Origin: Thermoplasmata archaeon
GTDB taxonomy: Archaea > Thermoplasmatota > Thermoplasmata > Lutacidiplasmatales > UBA184
Length of the DNA: 64,000 bases
NCBI GenBank assembly: GCA_021801925.1
Contig: JAKABH010000001.1
Coordinates: forward strand, 7,964 to 71,963
Direction: 5' to 3'
Below, one piece after another: positions 38,449 to 47,434 of this stretch. The translations under genes were made by a program, and so were the position numbers. The notes under the pieces were generated by a model, which worked only from the letters and a program-made list of their open reading frames with translations, was not told the DNA's origin and did not search any database. Position 1 is the stretch's first letter, and every line of letters starts with the position of its first letter.

Positions 38449-39140
38449 GAAGCCTCCGGCGGGAGAGGGCCGGCGATCGGCGCCACCGCGGCCGCGTCGG
38501 CGTCGACGACGGGGGGCAGTTCCACCGGCGGGGCGGCGCGGGGCGTCGCGCCCTTCACCACGATCTCGTCGGGGAGCTTCGAGTCGGCGCGCATGATCCA
38601 GACGGAGACGCCGATGACGCCGGGCTTGAGGCGGGCCTGGTAGAACCCCTTCTCGACCCAGAGATGGACCGCTTCGCCGCAGTACTTGATCGTCCCCGCC
38701 TTGAACCGCTCGGTGCGGTGCCGCTCGCCGGTGAGCTTCCCCGAGAGGATCACCTGGCAGCCGCGGGCCCCGCCTTCCATGATGCGGCGGACGGTCGAAT
38801 GCCCGGCGCGGCGGAAGTGCCAGCCGCGCTCCAGGGTCGAGGCGAGCTTCTCGCTCATCAGCTGGGCGTTGAGGCTCGGGGCCCGCTCCTCCTGGACCTC
38901 GATCTGCGGGTTGTCGAGCTGGAAGCGGGCGTGGATCTCCTCGGTGAGCCGCTTGATGAGCTCGCCGCGGTGGCCGATCAGGATCCCCGGCCGCTCGCAG
39001 ACGAGCGTGACGCGGGTCCCCATCGGGGTGCGGGTGATCTCGAGGCCGCCGAAGCCGGCGCGGGCGCTCTCCTGGACCAGGAAATCCTTGAGGAGGACGC
39101 GGCGCGTCGCCTCCTGGATCACCTTCCGTTCCGCGCTCAT
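38445..39140 (-). CDS. rps3: 30S ribosomal protein S3 (uS3)
   Basis: KH domain (ITRTPMGTRVTLVCERPGILIGHRGELIKRL) and S3-C domain. Confidence 0.92.
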   Translation of the reverse strand: MSAERKVIQEATRRVLLKDFLVQESARAGFGGLEITRTPMGTRVTLVCERPGILIGHRGELIKRLTEEIHARFQLDNPQIEVQEERAPSLNAQLMSEKLASTLERGWHFRRAGHSTVRRIMEGGARGCQVILSGKLTGERHRTERFKAGTIKYCGEAVHLWVEKGFYQARLKPGVIGVSVWIMRADSKLPDEIVVKGATPRAAPPVELPPVVDADAAAVAPIAGPLPPEAS

Positions 39141-39595
39141 GCCGCCTCCGCGCGCTCGGCCAGAACGAGCTCCACGTTCGTCGTCTGCTCGTGCCAGGCG
39201 GTCCCGCGCCCGTGGGCGCGGGGCATCGTCGCCTTGCGGATCCGGCCGCGGCCGCTCGCCGCGACCTTGACGAACAACCGGTCGGTGTCGAGGCCCTCGT
39301 ACTCCGCGTTCTCCCGGGCGTTGCGCAGGAGCTGGAGGACGGTCCGGGCGACCTTCTTCGGATACCGCCCGGGACCGATTCCCTTCTTGTGGGCGACCTC
39401 CTGGTTGTAGCGGCGGAACGGAACGGCCCGGCGGAGCGCGACGACCTCCTCCAGGAACGTCTCCGCGCGGTCGACCGGGAGCCCCCGGATCGCGTTCAGG
39501 ACCTCGTAGGTCTTCTTCGGCGACATCGGGACCTCGATGCCCCGCGACCGGGCGACGGCGACTCCCGCTTCCGGCTGGTACGTGTAGCCTCGCAT
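39137..39595 (-). CDS. rpl22: 50S ribosomal protein L22 (uL22)
   Basis: SPKKTYEVLNAIRGLPVDRAETFLEEV. Confidence 0.9.
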   Translation of the reverse strand: MRGYTYQPEAGVAVARSRGIEVPMSPKKTYEVLNAIRGLPVDRAETFLEEVVALRRAVPFRRYNQEVAHKKGIGPGRYPKKVARTVLQLLRNARENAEYEGLDTDRLFVKVAASGRGRIRKATMPRAHGRGTAWHEQTTNVELVLAERAEAA

Positions 39596-39605
39596 CCGAT
39601 CGTCC

Positions 39606-40031
39606 TCACTTGAGCGGCATGAACTTCGACGACCGCGTGGCGCCGACGCCGGGTCCGGAGTGCTTCTCGAAGCGGCGGGTGAGGGCGAACTCGCCGAGGT
39701 AGTGCCCGATCATCTCGGGGCGCACCTCGACCTCCTTGAACTCCTTGCCCGTGTGGACGGCGACGCGTCGGCCGACGTGCTCGGGGAGGAGTATCGCTTC
39801 CCGGACGTGGGTCCGGACGACCTTGTCTGCCGGGGTCGACCGCATCCGCTCGAGGAAGCGGGAGACCTCCGCGTTGAACCCCCGGCGGATCGAGCGGCGC
39901 GTCCGGGCGCTGGCGATCTTCCCGAACTCCTCGAGGGAGAGCTTCTGCAGCTCGGGGAGCGGGAGCCCCCGGTAGGTGAACTCCCGCTTCCGGCGGGCCT
40001 CGACCTTCTTGGTGCGGCGCGCCTTCGGCAT
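39606..40031 (-). CDS. rps19: 30S ribosomal protein S19 (uS19)
   Basis: EFTYRGLPLPELQKLSLEEF...AVHTGKEF...GHYLGEFALTRRFEKHSGPG. Confidence 0.9.
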   Translation of the reverse strand: MPKARRTKKVEARRKREFTYRGLPLPELQKLSLEEFGKIASARTRRSIRRGFNAEVSRFLERMRSTPADKVVRTHVREAILLPEHVGRRVAVHTGKEFKEVEVRPEMIGHYLGEFALTRRFEKHSGPGVGATRSSKFMPLK

Positions 40032-40768
40032 CAGGCCCCTCCGCGCGACCGCTCGGCGCGGCGCTGCCGCTTCTTGCGGGCAGAACGGGAGAAACGGCCG
40101 ACCTTCGCTCCCGGCCACGTCCCGCTCGACACCGTGCTCGGGCGGCCGACGTGCTGGTGGGCCCCGCCGCCGAACGGATGGTTGACCGGGTTCATCGCGA
40201 CCCCGCGGACCTTGAAGGCGGGCCGCGCGAGCGAACGGGTCCCCCAGACCTTCTTCCCCGCCTTGATGATCGGCCGCTCCAGGCGGCCCGAGCCGCCCAG
40301 GGCCCCGACCTCGGCCCGGCAGGTTTCGAGCAGGCGCTTGAACTGGCCGCTCGGGAGCTGGATCGTCACCTCGCCCGCCGCGTGGGCGGTGACGAGCGCG
40401 CTCGCCCCGGCGGAGCGGACCAGCCGGCCGCCGTCGAACGGCTTGACCTCGATGTTGGAGACGAGCGTCCCGTCCGGGATCTTCGACAGGGGCAGGATCG
40501 ATCCCCGATCGACCTTCCCCTCGTGGAACGCGACCGAATCGCCGGTGGCGATCCCGGCGGGAGCGAGGATGCGGACGGTCGAGCCGTCCGGGGCGGCGAC
40601 CTCGGCGACGGGGGCGGTGCGGCCCGGTGCCTGGAGGATCGCGGTGACCCGGCCGTCGCCGACGAGGGTCGCCGAAGGATGGTAGATCGGACCGTGATGG
40701 CGGTGGCTCGGGGATCGGTACGTCGCCGTGCCGGCCCCGCGGCGGCGGGAGATGATCCGCTTGCCCAT
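40031..40768 (-). CDS. rpl2: 50S ribosomal protein L2 (uL2)
   Basis: GRNAHGRITSRHRGGGHK-type core (AMNPVNHPFGGGAHQHVGRPSTVS). Confidence 0.92.
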   Translation of the reverse strand: MGKRIISRRRGAGTATYRSPSHRHHGPIYHPSATLVGDGRVTAILQAPGRTAPVAEVAAPDGSTVRILAPAGIATGDSVAFHEGKVDRGSILPLSKIPDGTLVSNIEVKPFDGGRLVRSAGASALVTAHAAGEVTIQLPSGQFKRLLETCRAEVGALGGSGRLERPIIKAGKKVWGTRSLARPAFKVRGVAMNPVNHPFGGGAHQHVGRPSTVSSGTWPGAKVGRFSRSARKKRQRRAERSRGGA

Positions 40769-41031
40769 CAGAACACCCCCGCCCGGCTGCCGATATCCTC
40801 GGCCGAGAACTCCTTCTGGAAGCGCACCGTGGCGATCTTGCCGGTGCGGACGATCTTCGTGTTGACCTTGAGGACCCGGCACTGGTAGGTCTCTTCGACG
40901 GCCCGCTTGATCTCGGCGCGCGTCGCCCGGTGGTCGACGACGAACTCGAGCTTGTTCATCCGCTCCATCTCGTCCATCGCCTTTTCGGTCACGTAGGCAT
41001 GCAGAATGATGCGGTGGCGGAGTTCGGTCAT
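40768..41031 (-). CDS. rpl23: 50S ribosomal protein L23 (uL23)
   Basis: RIILHAYVTEKAMDEMERMNKLEFVVDHRATRAEIKRAVEE. Confidence 0.9.
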   Translation of the reverse strand: MTELRHRIILHAYVTEKAMDEMERMNKLEFVVDHRATRAEIKRAVEETYQCRVLKVNTKIVRTGKIATVRFQKEFSAEDIGSRAGVF

Positions 41032-41861
41032 GCGCTCGTTCCTCCCGTGAGGCGGGCTTCGAGCCGACGAAGGGCCGCGTGGGAGAAGAGGGTCAACCGA
41101 CCGGCATCGCCGCCCGGGGCGAGATGCTCGGTCGACAGGCGGTCGGCCGGCACGATGTCGATCCCCGAGAGGTTGCGGAAGCCGCGCGCGCGGTCCGCCC
41201 GGCTCGTGACGAGCAGCACGCTGCGGGGCACGCGGCGGCCGCGGCCGCGCCGACGGGCCCGTCCGGCCTTCAGCGTGACGCCGTCCCGCGCCCGCTCGAC
41301 ATCTTCCCAGAGGTGAAGGCGTTCGAGCAGGGCGCGCGCATCCTGGGCGGTGCCGATCTCCTCGATCGGGTCGTCCACGACGACCGGCAGATGGAGCTTC
41401 TCGGGGACGGCATGGCCCCGGGCCCCGAGCAGCTCCGCCTCCCGGGTCGCGGCGAGCGCGGAGGCGAACGCCAGTCGGGCCTCGCGGCGGTTGATCTTCT
41501 TCGTCCAGATCCGGTCGACCCGGGGGGGATGCGCCTGGCCGCCGCCGACGGTGTTCGGGGCCTGGGCGCCGCGGTTCGACTCCATGAGGCGCGGGGTTCG
41601 AGAGACGCCGCGGCCCTTCCCCGACCACTCCACCGAGTGGCGGCGCCCGGCCGTCAGCGAGGTGCCGTACGGTTGGCGTCGGTGGGATTGGGCGGCGACG
41701 ACCGCCCGCCGGACCAGATCCGGCCGCAGCGGTGCCGAGAACTCGATCGGAAGCAGGACCGTCGTCGAGTGGGGCGTCCCGTCGACCCCCACGAGATGGA
41801 CCCGGTGGTGCGGCGCCGCATGTTCCGCGCCCCCGACCGGGGCGCCGGCCGATTCTGCCAT
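41028..41861 (-). CDS. rpl4: 50S ribosomal protein L4 (uL4)
   Basis: uL4 core (HLVGVDGTPHSTTVLLPIEFSAPLRPDLVRRAVVAAQSHRRQPYG). Confidence 0.9.
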   Translation of the reverse strand: MAESAGAPVGGAEHAAPHHRVHLVGVDGTPHSTTVLLPIEFSAPLRPDLVRRAVVAAQSHRRQPYGTSLTAGRRHSVEWSGKGRGVSRTPRLMESNRGAQAPNTVGGGQAHPPRVDRIWTKKINRREARLAFASALAATREAELLGARGHAVPEKLHLPVVVDDPIEEIGTAQDARALLERLHLWEDVERARDGVTLKAGRARRRGRGRRVPRSVLLVTSRADRARGFRNLSGIDIVPADRLSTEHLAPGGDAGRLTLFSHAALRRLEARLTGGTSA

Positions 41862-41863
41862 CG

Positions 41864-42862
41864 TCACGCCCCCTGCTTCGACCGGGTGCTCAGGTAGCGG
41901 ATGTCGACCTTGTCGACGGCCGCGACGTGGCTGCGGATCGGCGTGCGGAACCGGAGCAGGCGCTTCGCCGGACCGGGGACCGAGCCGTGGAGGAGGATGC
42001 ACGCCGTGCGCACGTCCCCGTAGTGGGGGAACCCGCCGGCGGGCGTGATCGGATCGGCCCGCGGGTCCTTCACCACCCGGAGGACGCGGAGGTTGAACTG
42101 CGTCCGGCGGTGGTACCCCTGCTGGCCGGCCTGCGGGATGCGGTACGACACGAAGCTCGGATTGTGGGGCCCGAGCGTCCCGATCATCCGCCGGTGCTTC
42201 GAGTTCTTGCGCGGCTGGAGCTTCACGCCCCACCGCTGGATGTGCCCCTGGAACCCGAACCCCTTCGTGACGCCGAGCACGTCCAGGAACTCCCCTTCCT
42301 TCGCCAGCTGCTCGGCGGAGAACTCCTTCCCCAGGGCCGCGAGGGCGAAGTCGCGCCGCTCCTCGAGGCCATCGCCGGCCACGCGGACCTCAAAGACGGT
42401 CGGCGTCTTCGATCCGACCCCCGTGATGAGGTGGGGCTGGGTGTGGACGAGAAGGCGGACGTCGTCCGCCGCCGTCCGGCCGAACCGGTCGAGCGCCTCC
42501 TTGGAGCTGCCCGGATGCGTCGGGACCCGGCGGTCGAGCTCGGCCACGTTCGACCCGTGCCAGACCTCGGCGACGACGCGACGGCCGTACGGGCCGCGGG
42601 CGTAGAGCCGGGCGCCGACGACCCGCAACGGCGGCACCTCGACGATCGTGACGGGGACCGAGACCTCCTGGCCGGCGGTCGTCGACCGCTTGCGGTAATC
42701 GACCATGAAGGCATGGGTCATCCCGACCTTGAAACCGGCGAACCCCTCGAGCGCGGGGCTCTTGCCGGTCGTCGCCCAGGTCCGTACGCGGGGGAGCGGG
42801 CGGGCGGAACGCGAGCGGGGTGAATAGGCGAGGGAACCTCGCCGGGGACGATGCCGTGCCAT
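41864..42862 (-). CDS. rpl3: 50S ribosomal protein L3 (uL3)
   Basis: HRPRRGSLAYSPRSRS...FKVGMTHAF...FQGHIQRWG. Confidence 0.92.
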   Translation of the reverse strand: MARHRPRRGSLAYSPRSRSARPLPRVRTWATTGKSPALEGFAGFKVGMTHAFMVDYRKRSTTAGQEVSVPVTIVEVPPLRVVGARLYARGPYGRRVVAEVWHGSNVAELDRRVPTHPGSSKEALDRFGRTAADDVRLLVHTQPHLITGVGSKTPTVFEVRVAGDGLEERRDFALAALGKEFSAEQLAKEGEFLDVLGVTKGFGFQGHIQRWGVKLQPRKNSKHRRMIGTLGPHNPSFVSYRIPQAGQQGYHRRTQFNLRVLRVVKDPRADPITPAGGFPHYGDVRTACILLHGSVPGPAKRLLRFRTPIRSHVAAVDKVDIRYLSTRSKQGA

Positions 42863-42911
42863 GGGTCGATGGGGGGTCCTGCCTCCGGTGGGAGCGGGGG
42901 AGAAAGGTACC

Positions 42912-42919
42912 CTATATAA
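42912..42919 (-). promoter_or_regulatory. Candidate TATA box (CTATATAA / TTATATAG) ~50 nt upstream of the rpl3 start; likely promoter of the r-protein operon
   Basis: ggtaccctatataacgg is the only AT-rich element in the 190-bp intergenic region. Confidence 0.45.
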
Positions 42920-43050
42920 CGGCTCCTCGGTTTTTCGCCGGACGGCCGAACGGAACGGACGCGCAACGGCGCGGCGGGGCCCCGCTCCTCGAACGCGCGC
43001 GTAGAGGGAGGCCGCGGCCGAACCGGCCGGCCCGGGCGACCCGAACGATT

Positions 43051-44322
43051 ATGCGGAGGGAGCCGCTCGGCGCCGGCCGGATGGCGATCGGAACCGACGC
43101 GCCCGTGCCGCTGTCGGCGATCGAGGCCGCCGCGGAGCGGATCCGGCCCCACGTCCGTCGCACGCCGCTCGTCCGGGCCCCGCCGTTCCCGGACCTGCCG
43201 GATGTTCCGATCTATCTCAAGCTCGAGAACCTGCAGACGACCGGGTCGTTCAAGCTGCGCGGCGCGCTCAACAAGATCCTTGGGCTCTCCGACGCCGACG
43301 CCGCCCGGGGCGTCGTCGCCGCCTCCGCGGGGAACCACGCCCAGGGGGTGGCGTGGGCCGCCCGGGCCCGGGGGATCCCGGCGACGATCGTCATGGCCGA
43401 GACGGCCTCCCCCCTCAAGGTCAGCCGGACCCGGGCGCTCGGGGCCGAGGTGATCCTCTTTGGCGCGGACTATGACGAAGCCCACGACCGCTCCGTCCAG
43501 ATCGCCCGGGAGGAGCGCCGGGCCTACATCCATCCGTTCGACGATCCCGAGGTGATCGCCGGTCAGGGGACGGTCGGGCTCGAGATCGTCGACGAGCTGC
43601 CGGACGCGGCGCTGGTCGTCGCCGGCGTCGGCGGGGGGGGACTCCTCGCGGGGATCGCGAGCGCGCTGCGGGGTCGCGGCAGCCGCGCCCGGATCCTCGG
43701 CGTGCAGCCGACCGGTGCGGACACGCTGCGCGCCTCGCTCCGCGAACAGCGGGTCGTCGTCGGCCCGCGTCCGTCGACGTTCGCCGACGGCCTTGCCACC
43801 CGGCACGTCGGCGACCTGCCGCTGCGGATCCTCGCCCGGGCGGACGCCGAGGCGATCGCGGTCGACGACCGCGCCATCGCGCGGGCGACGTTCTCGCTGC
43901 TCGACCGGGCGAAGCTGCTCGCCGAGGGAGCCGGGGCGATCCCGCTCGCCGGCCTGCGCGCCGACCCCGGTCGGATCGGCAGCGGACCGGTGGTCCTCGT
44001 GATCAGCGGGGGCAACCTGGACGCCTTCACCCTCGACCGGATCCTCTTCCTCGGCCTCGCGGCGGAGGGTCGGCTGCTCCGACTGCGCGGCAGCGTCCGG
44101 GACGTACCGGGCCAGCTCGAGCGGTTCCTCGGCGTCGCGCGGGGCGAGGCGGCGAACGTCCGGCAGATCCGGCACGACCGGGAGGCGCCCGATCGGCCCC
44201 CGGGCGAGGTGACCGTCGAGCTCGAGCTCGAGGTGCGGGACGCCGACCACGGGAACGCGGTCGAGGCGGCCTACCGGAGCCAGGGGTGGCCGGTCGAACG
44301 GATTCCCCTGGGGGGCGGATGA
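43051..44322 (+). CDS. Threonine dehydratase / serine-threonine ammonia-lyase (PLP fold-type II) with C-terminal ACT-like regulatory domain
   Basis: PLP-lysine motif (ENLQTTGSFKLRGA), SAGNHAQGVA, glycine loop (GVGGGGLLAGI). Alternative start at 43081. Confidence 0.85.
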   Translation: MRREPLGAGRMAIGTDAPVPLSAIEAAAERIRPHVRRTPLVRAPPFPDLPDVPIYLKLENLQTTGSFKLRGALNKILGLSDADAARGVVAASAGNHAQGVAWAARARGIPATIVMAETASPLKVSRTRALGAEVILFGADYDEAHDRSVQIAREERRAYIHPFDDPEVIAGQGTVGLEIVDELPDAALVVAGVGGGGLLAGIASALRGRGSRARILGVQPTGADTLRASLREQRVVVGPRPSTFADGLATRHVGDLPLRILARADAEAIAVDDRAIARATFSLLDRAKLLAEGAGAIPLAGLRADPGRIGSGPVVLVISGGNLDAFTLDRILFLGLAAEGRLLRLRGSVRDVPGQLERFLGVARGEAANVRQIRHDREAPDRPPGEVTVELELEVRDADHGNAVEAAYRSQGWPVERIPLGGG

Positions 44323-44358
44323 ACGGGCCGCGGCCGGTTACCCGGGACCCATCGCCCC

Positions 44359-44368
44359 CGTAAATACC
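44359..44368 (+). promoter_or_regulatory. Candidate TATA (CGTAAATACC) ~28 nt upstream of the DUF2203 ATG
   Basis: Same GTAAATACC element as upstream of bcp. Implies a leaderless transcript. Confidence 0.45.
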
Positions 44369-44391
44369 CCCGCCGGTCTAGGTACCGTGCG

Positions 44392-44883
44392 ATGGCGCGT
44401 GCGCCGGCCGCCCCCGAACCCGATCTTCCCCAGCCGTCCCGGCTGTGGACGGCCGCCGAGGCGAACCGCCGGCTCCCCCAGCTCGAGGAGCTCCTGCCGC
44501 GCCTCAAGACCTGGGCCCTCCGCCTCGCCGAGGTCCACGCCGAGATCGCCCGCCTCACCGCCTTCTGGGGCCCCGAGGTCGACGCGCCCGACCATGTCGA
44601 CCACGAGCGGAAGTCGCAGCTCGACCTCGAGGAGCACCACCTCCACCAGCGCCTGGAGGAGGCGGTCGCCGCACTCCGTCGCGACGGGATCGAGGTGAAG
44701 GACCTGGAGCACGGGCTCGTCGACTTCTACGGCCTCGTCGGCGGGGAGCTGGTCTTCCTCTGCTGGCGGGCGCCGGAGACGGACGTCGCCTTCTTCCATC
44801 CGCTCGACAGCGGGTTCCGCGGCCGCCGCCCCCTGCCCGCCCACCTCCGCGCCGCGCCGGCCGGGGCCCGCGACGGGGCCTAG
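44392..44883 (+). CDS. Hypothetical protein (DUF2203-like)
   Basis: 163-aa soluble protein (WTAAEANRRLPQLEELLPRL...GIEVKDLEHGLVDFYGLVGGELVFLCWRAPE). Family assignment is from memory, moderate confidence. Confidence 0.5.
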   Translation: MARAPAAPEPDLPQPSRLWTAAEANRRLPQLEELLPRLKTWALRLAEVHAEIARLTAFWGPEVDAPDHVDHERKSQLDLEEHHLHQRLEEAVAALRRDGIEVKDLEHGLVDFYGLVGGELVFLCWRAPETDVAFFHPLDSGFRGRRPLPAHLRAAPAGARDGA

Positions 44884-45719
44884 GGCGCCCCGGCTTCGGG
44901 GAAGCGCCCGTCGTCGAGCCGCCGGGCGCCCCGGACGTACCGTCCGAAGTCGACGGGGGCGAGCCCGAGGGCGACCCGGAAGTCGTTCGCCGAATCGGGC
45001 GCGAATCCCGCGTAGTGGTTGTTGAAGAAGACGTACGACGGCCGCACGAGGTCGTCCGCGGCCCGAAGGCGCGCCGCCCAGCGCTCCGTCTCCGCCCGCC
45101 GGTCGACCCGGACCTCCCCGAGCCGCTCGGGGGGGATCGTGTCGTGGTCGCCGATGAACCGCAGGTAAACGAAGTCGGCGGTCCGCCACGGAGGCACGTC
45201 GAGATAGGAGAGGTACGACCAGGTCAGCGCGATCGCCCGGTCGCCCAGCCGACGCGCGAGCGCCGCGCCGGCCTCGCCGCGGTACCAGCCGGCGTCCCGC
45301 AGCTCGATCGACCAGGCGACCTCCGGCGCGAGCGCCTCCAACAGATCGTCGAGGAACCGCTCCGAGCGCCCCGGTCGGAACCCCGGGGAGAACTGCAGCA
45401 GGATCGGGCCGAGCTTCGGGCCGAGCCGGCCCGCGAGCCGGACGAACTCCGCCAGTCCGGCGCGATCCGGACCGCGCCGGGGATCGAGCAGCTCCCGCGG
45501 GCACTTGAGGGCAAAACGGAACCCCTCGGGGGTCTTCCGCCGCCAGCCGTCGACCACCGACGGCGCCGGGGGCCGATAGTAGGTGGCGTCGACCTCCACC
45601 GTGTCGTAGAGCCGGGCGTAGACGCCCAGCCGGTCGCTGTCGGGGGTGCCGGGGCGGTAGACCCGGCCCCACCAGGCGTCGGCGGTCCAGGAGCAGGTGC
45701 CGATCCGCACCTCCGCCAT
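44880..45719 (-). CDS. DUF72-family protein (YecE/UPF0759-like TIM-barrel)
   Basis: VRIGTCSWTADAWWGRVYRP...YARLYDTVEVDATYYRPP...FVYLRFIGDHD. Confidence 0.7.
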   Translation of the reverse strand: MAEVRIGTCSWTADAWWGRVYRPGTPDSDRLGVYARLYDTVEVDATYYRPPAPSVVDGWRRKTPEGFRFALKCPRELLDPRRGPDRAGLAEFVRLAGRLGPKLGPILLQFSPGFRPGRSERFLDDLLEALAPEVAWSIELRDAGWYRGEAGAALARRLGDRAIALTWSYLSYLDVPPWRTADFVYLRFIGDHDTIPPERLGEVRVDRRAETERWAARLRAADDLVRPSYVFFNNHYAGFAPDSANDFRVALGLAPVDFGRYVRGARRLDDGRFPEAGAP

Positions 45720-45748
45720 CGGACCGACCCCGGGGACCCCCGCCGCCG

Positions 45749-46669
45749 CTACGCGGCCGCGGGGCCGCTCTGGAGGAGCTGGAGGGCCCGCAGGGCGATC
45801 GCCACCGCGCCCAGCCCGGCGCCGACCCCGACGGCGAGGAGGAGCAGCGGGAACGGGGAGGCGAGCGACAGGTCGAGGAGGGCGATCGGGGCGAAGAGCC
45901 CTGCGCCGCCGCCGACGATCCCGAGGGCGGGCCGGTCGGCGCGGATCGTCCGCAGCGCGGCGTAGACGGCGAGACCCGCCACGAGCAGGAGGACGAGGAT
46001 TCCCGCCGCGATCGCCGCGACGAACTGCTCCAGGTTCGGGAACGGCGTGAGCGCTACGGTCGTCGCGTTGGCGCCCGTCCCGCGGGCGAGCTCGACCGCG
46101 ATGCCGGTCGCCCCCGCCGAGAAGACGGTCGAGACGAACGCCTGCACCGTCACCGGGGAGTACCCGGGCGCCTGGACGAGGATCGCCAGGCCCCCGGTCG
46201 GCAGCCCGGCGATCGAGAACGTCCCGTCCGCGGCGGCGGCGGTCGTGCGGACCGGACCGGTCTCGGGCGTGACGGTCACCGTCGCGCCGACGGCCGGGAC
46301 GACCGCCCCGGAGGGCGTCGTGAGGTCGACCGTGCCCGAGGCGACGAACCGGCCGGGCTCGGGGGCGAGCACCGCGTAGTAGCCGAACAGGCCGGCGACA
46401 ACGACCGCGAGGAGCGTGACGCCGAACAGCGCCCCCGCGGCGATCCGGCGGGCCGACCAGCGCGGCACGCGCGGCGGCCTAAGCGCGGGGTAAAGTTCGG
46501 GTTGGACCTCCCAGGTATACAGCGGCGGGGGGTCGCGGGGGACGACCGCCGGGATCGGACGATGGCAGGTCGGGCACGGGAGCCACTGGGTCGGCGGATA
46601 CGGCGCGAGGACGGCGCGCACCGGCGTGCCGCACGCCGGACACCGGATCGAGACGGCGGGGCCGACCAT
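45749..46669 (-). CDS. Membrane protein with N-terminal double zinc ribbon, carboxypeptidase-regulatory-like beta domain and 3 TM segments
   Basis: CPACGTPV...CPTCHRPIP; TM; Ig-like GTVDLTTPSGAVVPAVGATVTVTPETG...DGTFSIAGLPTGGLAILVQAPGYSP; then 2 TM. Start placed at an internal Met because the upstream part of the 498-aa ORF is Arg/Gly junk. Confidence 0.55.
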   Translation of the reverse strand: MVGPAVSIRCPACGTPVRAVLAPYPPTQWLPCPTCHRPIPAVVPRDPPPLYTWEVQPELYPALRPPRVPRWSARRIAAGALFGVTLLAVVVAGLFGYYAVLAPEPGRFVASGTVDLTTPSGAVVPAVGATVTVTPETGPVRTTAAAADGTFSIAGLPTGGLAILVQAPGYSPVTVQAFVSTVFSAGATGIAVELARGTGANATTVALTPFPNLEQFVAAIAAGILVLLLVAGLAVYAALRTIRADRPALGIVGGGAGLFAPIALLDLSLASPFPLLLLAVGVGAGLGAVAIALRALQLLQSGPAAA

Positions 46670-46702
46670 CCGGTCCGCGGGAGCCGCCCGAAGGTCATAT
46701 CG

Positions 46703-47338
46703 TTGCGGCGGGCGTTCGGGAAGCCGCACTTCCACGTCATCGGGCTGGACGACGGCGCGTTCCGCCGCGGGGACCGATGGGCGCCGGTCGCCGCCGTCCT
46801 GCTCGCCGTGCCGGCGCGCGTCGAGGCGATCCGGATCGGGCGGGTGCGCGTCGACGGAACGGACGCCGCGGAGGTCCTCGCGGCGCTCGTGAGCCGCCTC
46901 CCCGGCCGGGCGAGCGCGCGGGCGGTCCTGCTCGACGGGGCGGTCGTCGGCGGCTTCAACGTCGTCGACCTCGACAGTCTTCACCGCGCGCTCGGCGTTC
47001 CCGTCGTCGCCGTGACGGCCCGGGCGCCCGATTTCGGCGCGATCCGGACGGCGCTCGAGCGCGGGTTCCCCCGCGACGCGGAGCGGCGGTACCGGCTTCT
47101 TTCCGCGCACCGGCTCACCGCCGTTCCCGGCGCCGCCTCCCCCGTGCGGATCGCGGTCGTCGGCTGCCTCCGTGCGGAGGCGGCGGCGCTCGTGCGCCGC
47201 ACGATCGTCGAGGGCCACACCCCCGAGCCGATCCGCCTCGCCCACCTCGTCGCCTCGGCGGCGGCGCCCCCCTTGCCCTCGACACGAACCGTTAAGGAGC
47301 CCGTCCGCCGTCGTCCCCGGCGCGGGCCTGTAGCTTAG
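46703..47338 (+). CDS. DUF99-family protein (UPF0215, endonuclease-V-like fold)
   Basis: FHVIGLDDGAF...RIGRVRVDGTDAAEVLAALVSRL...LLDGAVVGGFNVVDLDSLHRALGVPVVAV. TTG start inferred; the 3' end overlaps the tRNA-Arg 5' end. Confidence 0.6.
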   Translation: MRRAFGKPHFHVIGLDDGAFRRGDRWAPVAAVLLAVPARVEAIRIGRVRVDGTDAAEVLAALVSRLPGRASARAVLLDGAVVGGFNVVDLDSLHRALGVPVVAVTARAPDFGAIRTALERGFPRDAERRYRLLSAHRLTAVPGAASPVRIAVVGCLRAEAAALVRRTIVEGHTPEPIRLAHLVASAAAPPLPSTRTVKEPVRRRPRRGPVA

Positions 47339-47430
47339 CTCGGACGAAGCACTGGCCTTCTAAGCCAGGGAACTCGGGTTCAAAGGCCGGGGCGGCCCCC
47401 CCGCCCCGGCAGAGACTCCCGACAGGCCCG
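47324..47430 (+). tRNA. tRNA-Arg (anticodon TCT) with a putative 32-nt intron in the T-loop (between positions 59 and 60)
   Basis: Acceptor GGGCCTG/CAGGCCC (7 bp), D-stem GCTT/AAGC, anticodon stem CTGGC/GCCAG with loop CTTCTAA, T-stem TCGGG/CCCGA, T-loop TTCAAA[...]T. The insertion 47385-47416 (GGCCGGGGCGGCCCCCCCGCCCCGGCAGAGAC) contains a 10-bp GC hairpin. No encoded CCA. Confidence 0.6.
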
Positions 47431-47434
47431 TCCG

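Noticed and set aside
42925-42940. T-run (ggtttttcgcc) as a possible archaeal terminator
   Set aside because: It sits in a divergent promoter region between rpl3 and the dehydratase, with no upstream co-directional gene to terminate.
47386-47410. 10-bp GC hairpin that looks like an intrinsic terminator after DUF99
   Set aside because: It lies inside the tRNA-Arg locus, between the T-loop and the 3' T-stem. It is better explained as intron structure, since the tRNA-Ala locus has the equivalent hairpin. It also lacks a T-tract.
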